Shown here: piece after piece, positions 27,354 to 35,953 of the stretch
Layout: each line of letters starts with the position of its first letter
How positions within the stretch are numbered: position 1 is the first letter of the stretch
Virus record (IMG/VR): IMGVR_UViG_3300048061_000822
Coordinates: 1 to 63,824 of that record
Origin: a virus
Taxonomy: Duplodnaviria; Caudoviricetes
DNA: 63,824 bases
Direction: 5' to 3' (one strand)
Notes under the pieces: model-generated
What the model was told of the DNA's origin: nothing
Database searches by the model: none
What the model saw: only the letters and a program-made list of their open reading frames with translations
Position numbers and translations under genes: made by a program

Positions 27354-27936
27354 ACCAATTTCTCTAGGTTACCTACATTGTTTAGGTGACCTAGATGTAT
27401 CAGTTTTCAATCCAAAAAGATGGGTGGTACAGGCTAAGTATAATGGTTGGCGTACAAAGGTAGGACAGACGGGTCTTCCTATCAGTAAAAACAACAACGA
27501 CCTTGCCCCTCACCATCGTGATGCATTTGAGTTTCAGGTTGCTGAACTTAGGCGTGTTATTAATTGGGAATTTTGTGATTATGTTGATTGCGAGTTCATG
27601 TGTTTGACTCCTCTCTCCTGCCCTGTAGGTACGATTATTGCGTATGACTGCATGGGTGGGGAGAGTGAGTCTTTCTCGCAAGCTGACAGATCCGATTTCA
27701 TGTGGTCTCAGAGACCATGTGAGTTTGAGAAGACTGGTATAAAAGTAGTGTGTTCCCCTGAGGAATACGATGTAGACCATTACAAATTAATTAATGAGCT
27801 TGAGCGAATGCTCAAGTTTAACGATGAGCATGACCTATTATACGAAGGTTTTGTGTTCAAAAAACTCTCTGCCCTCTACGGGCAAAACCGAGCGTGGTAC
27901 AAGCTACGCTTTCAAGAACAAATAATCAACATATGA
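27334..27936 (+). CDS. ATP-dependent ligase-like adenylation domain (no OB fold)
   Basis: Motif I QAKYNGWR, III VDCEF, IIIa AYDC, IV YEGFVFK, V WYKLR, then stop. Confidence 0.7.
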   Translation: MTATFAKPISLGYLHCLGDLDVSVFNPKRWVVQAKYNGWRTKVGQTGLPISKNNNDLAPHHRDAFEFQVAELRRVINWEFCDYVDCEFMCLTPLSCPVGTIIAYDCMGGESESFSQADRSDFMWSQRPCEFEKTGIKVVCSPEEYDVDHYKLINELERMLKFNDEHDLLYEGFVFKKLSALYGQNRAWYKLRFQEQIINI

Positions 27937-28187
27937 ATATAAGTAACGATATACCACCGGAAGACACCAAGATGCACGAGCTAGGGTCACATGTCATTCA
28001 CGAGGGCGGCAAGCCCATTATACAATCCAGTCTATGGAACTGCATTCGTAGAATCAGGGAGATGGAAAGTACTATGACCCGAACATTTGAGCATTCCGAT
28101 CTAACCATTATGCCTGCACCTAAAGACTGGCGCGGTAAATACAAAAGAGTACCACTTAACCCAATGAAACATGAATCACTCACCTGA
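27933..28187 (+). CDS. Hypothetical protein
   Basis: ATG overlaps the ligase stop. Confidence 0.45.
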   Translation: MNISNDIPPEDTKMHELGSHVIHEGGKPIIQSSLWNCIRRIREMESTMTRTFEHSDLTIMPAPKDWRGKYKRVPLNPMKHESLT

Positions 28188-28365
28188 AACAGAAGACCTA
28201 GCTAGAGATGTCATGAGCTTTCAAGCAAAGGTGGATGCAATGGGCGAGCAGATAGAAATGCTTGCCAAAATATTTGGCCCACCACCTGAGAAACCTGACA
28301 TCTTTTCAGTAAATCATAAACCAACAATCAACAGAGAGGAAGAAAATGCCACTACAGAAAACTGA
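28171..28365 (+). CDS. Hypothetical protein
   Basis: 64-aa ORF. Confidence 0.45.
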   Translation: MNHSPETEDLARDVMSFQAKVDAMGEQIEMLAKIFGPPPEKPDIFSVNHKPTINREEENATTEN

Positions 28366-29062
28366 TGCATATGTAAAATTCGATAAGGCAATGAAGGACT
28401 CGCTTGCTAAGTTCAATGCGACTGAGCAAAAAGGTATGCGTATTCGCTTTGTCGAGCAGGAACTTAAACCACTAGGTAAACGCCTACGACTCAATGATGA
28501 GGAGTGGACTAACTCAATTGGTTTCTGTGCAGATAAATCACTACTACCATCCGATAAGGATGAGCACTTCAATGCTTGGGCTGACAAGTGGAACTTGGGT
28601 ACATACGACCCTACGGATCCGGTTAAGAAGTCTAAGGCAAAGCCTGCCAAGCGTGGTAGTGCTCTTGATGACATCAAACTTGATGACTGCCCTGACCCTG
28701 AACCTGAAATCACTAAGCCTGACATTGAAGCAGATAAGTTCTGTAAGGAGATGCCCGACAGAATTGAAAGCCTTCCTATCACCACCAACACGGACAAGTG
28801 CCCTAGTGCCAAAAGCCAATGTGCTCCTCTTGATTACGCCGTGGAATCTAAACCTAAACCAAAGGACAAACCTATGCCAAAGACAAAGCAAGAACTACTC
28901 ACTGAGTTGCTCAGTTCATCTGACGGACTAAGCGAGCAGGAAGTTAAGAAGATATGTGTATCTACATTTTGTGACCTATTTAAAGAGGTCATAGATTCAG
29001 TGCAAACATCTGCCATGTGTATGCTTAATCAAATTCAAAAAGACGAAGATGATAAGCAGTAG
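28346..29062 (+). CDS. Hypothetical protein
   Basis: 238 aa with low-complexity linker. Confidence 0.6.
   Translation: MPLQKTDAYVKFDKAMKDSLAKFNATEQKGMRIRFVEQELKPLGKRLRLNDEEWTNSIGFCADKSLLPSDKDEHFNAWADKWNLGTYDPTDPVKKSKAKPAKRGSALDDIKLDDCPDPEPEITKPDIEADKFCKEMPDRIESLPITTNTDKCPSAKSQCAPLDYAVESKPKPKDKPMPKTKQELLTELLSSSDGLSEQEVKKICVSTFCDLFKEVIDSVQTSAMCMLNQIQKDEDDKQ
28972..28991. promoter_or_regulatory. 20-bp palindromic motif copy, intragenic (TGACCTAT-TTAA-AGAGGTCA)
   Basis: Exact TGACC-N10-GGTCA, about 57 bp before dcm. Confidence 0.55.
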
Positions 29063-30449
29063 AGTAATTAGTGCAGTCGATATGTTCTGTGGGAGTGGTG
29101 GTACTTCCGCAGGACTATTCGATGCAGCAGAGGAATTGGGTATGCATGCAGACATCACTGCCATCAATCATTGGGATGTCGCTATTGCCACGCATACTGC
29201 AAGTCACAAGTACGCAAATCATATTTGTGACTCCATGGCTAATGTTAATCCAAAGACATTGATGCCTGAGGGTGATAACCTGGATATTCTTGTCGCATCT
29301 CCTGAGTGTACACATTTCAGCAGAGCGGCGGGTGGTCGTCCAAAGTCTGATCAGTCACGAGCAGGAGCATGGCATGTCACTCAATTTGCACAGGAGTTGC
29401 GACCAACTGCAATCATTGTGGAAAATGTTGAGGAGTTCATGAGATGGGGTCCACTTGATGACAACATGGATGTTATCAAGGAGAAGGAAGGTGAAATGTT
29501 TCATGCATGGGTGGCATCTCTAAAAGCTATGGGCTATGAAGTTGATTGGCGTGTGCTTAATTGTGCAGACTATGGTGATGTAACCACTAGGCGTAGGCTA
29601 TTCGTTATGGCGAGGCGTGATGGGCGTAGGGTAAAATGGCCCGTACCATCCCATACCAAGTCTCCGGATTTAATCTGTGACCAAAAGTGGCGTGCCGCTC
29701 GTGAGATTATTGATTGGGATAATCATGGTAAGTCTATATTCGACCGGAAGAAACCACTTAGCAAGACCACCATGCGTAGGATACAAGCTGGCATTGAGAA
29801 GTTCTGTCCTGAGGTTAGCGAGTTCTTGGTCAAGATAAATGGATCAGATGAGATTAGTGCCAAGCATTCACCTAAAAGTGTGGATGAACCATTACGGACT
29901 ATTACCGCAGGAGGTAAACACTTTGCATTAGTAAAGACTAACTTCCTGATAAACATGGTAGGTACTTCGGATAGTGGTATCAAGTCTAGCACTAAGAGTG
30001 TGGATGAACCTCTCGCCACCATACATGGTGGCAATAAACACGCAATGATTGAACTAAAACCTCTCGTTGTTGAAATAGATAACTATTCAAATCCAGGTCA
30101 TTGCTGTCGTGAGATTGATAAGCCAATCAGTACAGTTACGGGTAAGGGTAGACATTGCCTAGTCCAACCATTCCTTCAGTCATACTATGGGACAGGTACA
30201 AATGTTAGTTCAGTTGATGAACCCGTCAGGACATTAACCACTAAGCAACGACACGCACTTGTCGAGCCGACTGTTGAGCATGGTAAGCTCGATATCAAAT
30301 TTCGCATGCTAACCAATGAAGAGTTAGCAAAAGCCCATGGTATGGATGACTTCACATTCTATGGGACAGTAGCAGAAGTCACTAAACAAATCGGTAATAG
30401 TGTACCTCGCAATATGGCGAAAGCACTATGCCACGCACAACTCAGTTAA
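29049..30449 (+). CDS. dcm: C5-cytosine DNA methyltransferase
   Basis: DMFCGSGG, SPECTHFS, ENV, TTRRRLF, QIGNSV; repeated SVDEPLxTI segments. Confidence 0.92.
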   Translation: MISSRVISAVDMFCGSGGTSAGLFDAAEELGMHADITAINHWDVAIATHTASHKYANHICDSMANVNPKTLMPEGDNLDILVASPECTHFSRAAGGRPKSDQSRAGAWHVTQFAQELRPTAIIVENVEEFMRWGPLDDNMDVIKEKEGEMFHAWVASLKAMGYEVDWRVLNCADYGDVTTRRRLFVMARRDGRRVKWPVPSHTKSPDLICDQKWRAAREIIDWDNHGKSIFDRKKPLSKTTMRRIQAGIEKFCPEVSEFLVKINGSDEISAKHSPKSVDEPLRTITAGGKHFALVKTNFLINMVGTSDSGIKSSTKSVDEPLATIHGGNKHAMIELKPLVVEIDNYSNPGHCCREIDKPISTVTGKGRHCLVQPFLQSYYGTGTNVSSVDEPVRTLTTKQRHALVEPTVEHGKLDIKFRMLTNEELAKAHGMDDFTFYGTVAEVTKQIGNSVPRNMAKALCHAQLS

Positions 30450-30451
30450 TT

Positions 30452-31213
30452 ATGATTATATCAGAAGAACACATAGAAGATGATGCAGTAGTAGAGGAAA
30501 TCAATGAAGACTTCCCTGCCATGCAAATTGACGATGACTTGATGGAGGAACTATCCGCTCTCCTATCATCACGCATCAGTGACGCTAAAGCCGAGCAAAG
30601 ACACAAAGGTAAGAAAGATGTACTAGATGGTGAAATACATGAAATTGTAAACAATTATCTATTCGGTCTTTTACCTAGCGACCTACGCTCTGGATTCACC
30701 GTCAAGTCAAGTGATGGAGCAAATGTACAAATACAGGTAAAATCTGCGTACTTTCCACCTAAGTCTAGTCTCAAGGTAAAGGATAAGAAATACACAGAAA
30801 CCAATGACAAGATTCTTAGACTCGCTGAGATATTTGGTCTTAGGGAAGCAACGAGAGATGACGATGGGAAAGTGACCGAGGTAACTCGTGATGATATCAC
30901 ACAGGGTAAATATGATTTTCCTGACGATACATTCTCATATCGTTCAAGTATTATAGTTGATCCATCCCTTGTTCATTCCAGTCAGATGGATGAATTTATC
31001 TCTGATATTGTAGCACTTGGTAACAAGTACACACAAAGAAATGACGATGGAAAGCCCGTCATGCCCTCCCCTGTTAAGGAGGAACAGAAACTCGTAGCAG
31101 TACCAACATTTCACAAGAACAGATTAAAACTTGGACGAGTAGTCAATGAGAAGATTGCTCAGATATTTCAAAATCTATCAATCACAATACCAAAACCAAA
31201 GAAAAAGAAATAA
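30452..31213 (+). CDS. Hypothetical protein
   Basis: About 253 aa, acidic N-terminus. Confidence 0.6.
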   Translation: MIISEEHIEDDAVVEEINEDFPAMQIDDDLMEELSALLSSRISDAKAEQRHKGKKDVLDGEIHEIVNNYLFGLLPSDLRSGFTVKSSDGANVQIQVKSAYFPPKSSLKVKDKKYTETNDKILRLAEIFGLREATRDDDGKVTEVTRDDITQGKYDFPDDTFSYRSSIIVDPSLVHSSQMDEFISDIVALGNKYTQRNDDGKPVMPSPVKEEQKLVAVPTFHKNRLKLGRVVNEKIAQIFQNLSITIPKPKKKK

Positions 31214-31635
31214 TGAAATTAGAACAATTCATAAAAGAAAAAGCATGGGGAATACACCGAAAGAAATTGGATGCTGTTTGCTCAAATTTTGAGCTAATGC
31301 TACCCAAGAACACCCCTTTCCATCCCGAATACTTCAGGAATCATGCGGATTCTCATGGCAGTAATATACTGACCGATATGTTCGGGGTAGACTTCAATAA
31401 TGAAGGATTTGCGAATCCGAAAAGAGTAGCTCAGGCTTTCGTACAAATACTTATATTGGCATACGGTATTAATGTTAAAAGCTCATTATTTAACCCAGAA
31501 TCTTTTCAAGAATCTGATCTAAATAGAATAAAGAAAAAGATTATGGAACAGATGGAATCTGCCATTCCTGATGATGAACCGGAAACATCTATAACAATTA
31601 AAGGTAAAGGAATAACAATCGATGATGGACAATAA
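31213..31635 (+). CDS. Hypothetical protein
   Basis: TAATG-coupled. Confidence 0.6.
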   Translation: MKLEQFIKEKAWGIHRKKLDAVCSNFELMLPKNTPFHPEYFRNHADSHGSNILTDMFGVDFNNEGFANPKRVAQAFVQILILAYGINVKSSLFNPESFQESDLNRIKKKIMEQMESAIPDDEPETSITIKGKGITIDDGQ

Positions 31636-31807
31636 ATATTGGCTTTTAGAACCAAGGGATAGCTTCCTTGATATCAATCAAGACGACATTGACGAAATGA
31701 ATGAGCGTGCCGGATTTGATTCAATGACCTTAGCGAAAGCTAAGAAAGAACAAGAAATGTTAGACGAACTAGAGGAAAAAGATAATGAACGAAATAACCA
31801 CACCTAA
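31622..31807 (+). CDS. Hypothetical protein
   Basis: 61-aa acidic ORF. Confidence 0.45.
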   Translation: MMDNKYWLLEPRDSFLDINQDDIDEMNERAGFDSMTLAKAKKEQEMLDELEEKDNERNNHT

Positions 31808-32609
31808 TCTGCTACGCTTTCAGTTTGGTAATGCCAAGCTAAGTAAGTTAGTAGCTCACATATCACTACCATCAGGCTTCACCTGTCCAGGTGCTAGGGA
31901 ATGCTTGACTTATGCCAATCGCAAGACCCGTAAGATAAAAGATGGTCCCGAAGCTACCATACGATGCTATGCAGCTATGACCGAGGCACTATCCCCTGCT
32001 TATCACGATATTGTTTGGCATAACTTTGACCTAATAAATAAGGTCAGAAATGATGAGGATGCACTCTTCGAGTTATACTCAGAGAGTTTATCAATGATTC
32101 CTAATGCACTTATTGTTCGCAGTGGGGTTAGTGGTGACTTCTTCACTCAAGCTCAAGCCAATGCAGTTATGCGTTTAGCAGATGCTAATTCCAATATTCT
32201 ATTCTATGCCTACACTAAGTCAGTTCCCTTCTTTGAGGAACATTTGGATTGTGAGGGTAGAGTTCGTGATAACTTTATTGTTACTTGCTCCATTGGTGGC
32301 AAGCATGACGAGCTAGTTTATCGCAGGGAATACAAGTTTGCTCGTATCGTTAGAGACAAGGCACATGCAAGTGAGCTTGGTCTTGAATGCGACCATGATG
32401 ACACACTGGCAATGCTACCTGGTGCGAGTTTTGCACAACCCATTCATGGTGGTCAGCAAGCAGGCAGTGATTGGGGTAAGCATTCAAGAAAGAATGGATA
32501 CAACAAATCAACAAAAGACCCATTAATTGAGGTCAAAACATACAACATATGGAAGGAAGTAATACATGGCAGTACTAGAATTGAAAGAAACAGAGCCGTC
32601 CACGCCTAA
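31785..32609 (+). CDS. GP88-family protein
   Basis: GNAKL...SLPSGFTCPGA.EC...CYA...RSGVSGDFF...YAYTKS. Confidence 0.75.
   Translation: MNEITTPNLLRFQFGNAKLSKLVAHISLPSGFTCPGARECLTYANRKTRKIKDGPEATIRCYAAMTEALSPAYHDIVWHNFDLINKVRNDEDALFELYSESLSMIPNALIVRSGVSGDFFTQAQANAVMRLADANSNILFYAYTKSVPFFEEHLDCEGRVRDNFIVTCSIGGKHDELVYRREYKFARIVRDKAHASELGLECDHDDTLAMLPGASFAQPIHGGQQAGSDWGKHSRKNGYNKSTKDPLIEVKTYNIWKEVIHGSTRIERNRAVHA
32027..32046. promoter_or_regulatory. 20-bp palindromic motif copy, intragenic (TGACCTAA-TAAA-TAAGGTCA)
   Basis: 15 of 16 arm positions match consensus. Confidence 0.65.
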
Positions 32610-33222
32610 GGACTTGTTCGGTTCAGACACTAACCAACCACAGCATATCGCACGAGTGTTATGGAATGCAGTAGATGATGTACTCAACTGCGAAGATGAG
32701 AATCTAGCATTCGCAATCACGGGTGCTCCCGGTATTGGTAAGACAACGATTGCTAACATAATCGCTGTTAAATTAACGGGTAGTCGATTTGCAGTAGAGA
32801 CAGAGAACGGTAAGGAAATTGGCGTTCAGCGTGTGCGTGACATGAAGATGGAGATGCACGACTCTAGCTTATTCTCTACCACAGGTCATAAATGCTGGAT
32901 AATCAATGAAGGCGACAAGATAACAGATGACGGACAGGTCGCCTTCCTATCATTACTAGACGAACAACCTAGCAAGTTCCATGTTATCGTTACATCCAAC
33001 GAGGAATTGGATGATTGGTCTGAACGATTCCATTCTCGATTCGAGGTCTACAATATACAAGCACCATGCATTGATGAAATCAGTGCAGGATTAACTAGCA
33101 GACTAGATGTAGACCCTAGGGTTGGGCAAGCTGCAGCCGAGCATTGTGGCGGTAATGTGCGACAAGCAATCAAAGAAATCAATGCGTGGAAGCGCAAAAA
33201 TAAACCATTAAAACTACTATGA
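32566..33222 (+). CDS. Clamp-loader-clade AAA+ ATPase (short)
   Basis: GAPGIGKTT, WIINEGD, TSN, SRF, GGNVRQAI. Confidence 0.8.
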   Translation: MAVLELKETEPSTPKDLFGSDTNQPQHIARVLWNAVDDVLNCEDENLAFAITGAPGIGKTTIANIIAVKLTGSRFAVETENGKEIGVQRVRDMKMEMHDSSLFSTTGHKCWIINEGDKITDDGQVAFLSLLDEQPSKFHVIVTSNEELDDWSERFHSRFEVYNIQAPCIDEISAGLTSRLDVDPRVGQAAAEHCGGNVRQAIKEINAWKRKNKPLKLL

Positions 33223-33707
33223 AAATAAAATACAAAAAACGATTCAGGTGCATCCTGGTAGACTTAGCAATGATTGAGCGTACTATCAAAAAGCACGCTC
33301 CATTTATACTGGAACTACCTGCCCTAATGGATGACTCCGGTCAGCCCTTCAATGACCATCTCTGGCAATCATTCTCTAATATTGAGACTGCATGCGACAT
33401 AACTTGCGATGAAGTTGAAACCGAGTGGGAGGGTGGATTACCTACCTACGAGGAGTACACCAAGGATATGTCACTAAAGGAGAAACTAGAAATGTACTAT
33501 GATGCAGACATTGATTCTCCTGCTACCTCCTACAAATGGACATGCAAAGACATTGCTGAGATTGTTGACAATGCTGATTGGCTACCTGACTTCGAGAAAA
33601 AGTTTAAGGAGTACCTAGAGGAAAGGGAGTACATACAAGAACCTAAGGATACATCCATTGATGAGCAGACTGAGAGTTACACACCTCACAGGGAGGGAGA
33701 TGAATGA
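33219..33707 (+). CDS. Hypothetical protein
   Basis: ATGA-coupled, 162 aa. Confidence 0.55.
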   Translation: MKIKYKKRFRCILVDLAMIERTIKKHAPFILELPALMDDSGQPFNDHLWQSFSNIETACDITCDEVETEWEGGLPTYEEYTKDMSLKEKLEMYYDADIDSPATSYKWTCKDIAEIVDNADWLPDFEKKFKEYLEEREYIQEPKDTSIDEQTESYTPHREGDE

Positions 33708-34132
33708 AGATTAGAGAAGATTATAAAATAGATTACAGTAAACCTGTAGAAGTATACAGAAACTTACACAAGAACTGCTACTCAGTTCGACAAGGTGGAT
33801 TGGTCAAAGCCCACACTGATGACATCTGCCTTAAGGAATGTAGCTTTCATGTTAACAAGAAAGGTAGGGACCGAGTCAGGAAGTTCAAGCGTAAGGAAGT
33901 ACACGCATGGGTTAAAGGTCTGATTCGACTACATCCCCTACAAAGGAAGGCACTTTTACCACTTCCGTTCGCCCCCCTTGATGAAATAGAATATCCACGC
34001 AAGGTAACCTACAATCCATACCATCAGGATGAGTTCATTGCACTAGAGAGAACGGGTGCATTCTCTGCTCACTTCGGGCCAATCAAATTCGCAGACATGG
34101 TAATACTTAACAAGGAAGGAATGTATATATGA
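33704..34132 (+). CDS. Phage hypothetical protein
   Basis: VYRNLHK.CYSV...RKEVHAWVKG...VTYNPY. Confidence 0.65.
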   Translation: MKIREDYKIDYSKPVEVYRNLHKNCYSVRQGGLVKAHTDDICLKECSFHVNKKGRDRVRKFKRKEVHAWVKGLIRLHPLQRKALLPLPFAPLDEIEYPRKVTYNPYHQDEFIALERTGAFSAHFGPIKFADMVILNKEGMYI

Positions 34133-34386
34133 ATAAGCAAGTTGTTATGGTGTTTGACAATAGCCGTACACTCGAACTTTCAAGGGAAATGACCAAGCAT
34201 ACTTGGATGAATCCAGTTCGTGCCAAGACAGGTTCTGACCTACTCGTTCTTATAGAGGGAGGGTGTCAATGCATCATGGTTACTAGGGATAAGTTTGATA
34301 AAGCAATAAGGAAAAGAAATGCAGAGAAAAGAATGAAAGAACTAAGTGAAAATCTTTTTATTCTGTTTGATGAGGTGAACGCATGA
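34129..34386 (+). CDS. Hypothetical protein
   Basis: ATGA-coupled. Confidence 0.5.
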   Translation: MNKQVVMVFDNSRTLELSREMTKHTWMNPVRAKTGSDLLVLIEGGCQCIMVTRDKFDKAIRKRNAEKRMKELSENLFILFDEVNA

Positions 34387-35261
34387 AAGAATACTATACA
34401 GGTATAGATGACCCTAAGCGCGCTTACTTACTTAATGAACATAAGAATATTGAGTTAGGCTTCATGCTCTCTACCAATCGCATAAAGAGTAGGAAGAAAG
34501 AAATACGCAACAAGGGTAAATGGATGCTCGATTCAGGTGCATTCACTCAGATTCTACAGCATGGCAAGTTTGTTATTTCTGAAGATAAATATGTGGAAAT
34601 CATCAAGCGACATGAAGATAAAAACCTAGTATGTGCAGTCACTCAGGACTATATGTGCGAGCCGTTTATCTTAGAGAAGACTGGCAAGACTGTTCGTGAG
34701 CATATCCGAATGACCGTTCAGAGATACTTTAATATCCTAAGAAAGATGCGTAAGGCAGGGTGCAGGACAATGCTACTTCCCGTACTGCAAGGCATAGATA
34801 CTCAGGACTACATTGAATGCTTGGATTTGTATGAAGAGGGATGGTGGAAGCTACAAAATACACACGGATTAATGTACAGGTTTGGCGGTGAAGAATTTGC
34901 CCGACCACATCGTATAGGATTTGGATCCATGTGTAAGCGTAACGGAAATCCAGGTGAGGTTGAGGCTATTATCGATCAGATGGAGTATCGACTAGCTAAC
35001 TTTCATATCCATCTATTTGGATTCAAAACTACCGGACTTAACTTCAAGTGGGAGATTGCATCAAGGATACATTCTGCTGACTCCTTTGCGTATAGCATGA
35101 GAGATAGAAAATACTATGCACATGAAGCACCTGAAATAAATGTCAGAACAAATGATTCACGGGCTAAACTTGCTATCGAGCATGGTAGAAAGATGGCAAA
35201 ACTCGTAGAAAAAACACAAACAACACTAAACCTAAACCTAGATTATGGAGTAACAGTATAA
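34383..35261 (+). CDS. TGT/DpdA-like base-exchange transglycosylase
   Basis: LDSGAF, DYMCEP, PVLQG, GFGS.CKR, HLFG.K, SADS: TGT-fold catalytic motifs. Confidence 0.72.
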   Translation: MKEYYTGIDDPKRAYLLNEHKNIELGFMLSTNRIKSRKKEIRNKGKWMLDSGAFTQILQHGKFVISEDKYVEIIKRHEDKNLVCAVTQDYMCEPFILEKTGKTVREHIRMTVQRYFNILRKMRKAGCRTMLLPVLQGIDTQDYIECLDLYEEGWWKLQNTHGLMYRFGGEEFARPHRIGFGSMCKRNGNPGEVEAIIDQMEYRLANFHIHLFGFKTTGLNFKWEIASRIHSADSFAYSMRDRKYYAHEAPEINVRTNDSRAKLAIEHGRKMAKLVEKTQTTLNLNLDYGVTV

Positions 35262-35644
35262 TGGATAAAATATTATTCGTAGGAGAAAACAGAAGTCATC
35301 TCGCTAAGAAGATGAATGTAACATGGAAAGATGGCAGACTTGCCGCTAAACAACTATTCGATGCACTAGATGCTATCGGTTTCCCAAGAGACGCTTGCGA
35401 GTTCTGCAATTGGTTCGAGGGAGGAAAAGGCAAGGTGCGTAATTGGGAAGGTGGTATAGTTGCTATGGGTGCAAAAGTACAGAAAGCACTTAAAGCTGAG
35501 GGTATAGATTTTATACCAATCATTCACCCTGCCGCTCGAGGGGCAATCAGAAAAAAAGAAAGATACATAGAGCATATCAGAGATGCGTTGGATCAACTAG
35601 TGATTGTTGATGAGCGTTCATGCGATGGCTTTATTGTGACCTAA
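35261..35644 (+). CDS. Minimal uracil-DNA-glycosylase-superfamily protein
   Basis: ILFVGEN, FCN, IVAMG, IIHPAARG in UDG-fold order; only 127 aa. Confidence 0.55.
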   Translation: MDKILFVGENRSHLAKKMNVTWKDGRLAAKQLFDALDAIGFPRDACEFCNWFEGGKGKVRNWEGGIVAMGAKVQKALKAEGIDFIPIIHPAARGAIRKKERYIEHIRDALDQLVIVDERSCDGFIVT

Positions 35645-35656
35645 TAAATTAGATAT
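35637..35656. promoter_or_regulatory. 20-bp palindromic motif copy (TGACCTAA-TAAA-TTAGATAT)
   Basis: Spans a stop codon and the next start. Confidence 0.7.
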
Positions 35657-35951
35657 GAATAAATGGATTATAGAAGACCGACCAGAAATGTGGAAGTCAC
35701 GGATGTTTATAGTGGAAACACTAGACACAGAGACTGACGAAAAATTAACCGAATGCTTATACACCTCCGCCCCTAAACATGTAATCAGGCATGTGCAGGG
35801 AAGACCAAAAGGTGGGTTTAAGAAACCACTTCACAACTACTGCATACTAAACCTTATAGAGATAACAGGAGGAGCATCACACGACTTCTGTTTACCTGAA
35901 TTTTTACCCATCATAATAGATGGGACACCATTAACAGATGAAGTTACCTAA
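35655..35951 (+). CDS. Hypothetical protein
   Basis: 98-aa ORF. Confidence 0.5.
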   Translation: MNKWIIEDRPEMWKSRMFIVETLDTETDEKLTECLYTSAPKHVIRHVQGRPKGGFKKPLHNYCILNLIEITGGASHDFCLPEFLPIIIDGTPLTDEVT

Positions 35952-35953
35952 TT

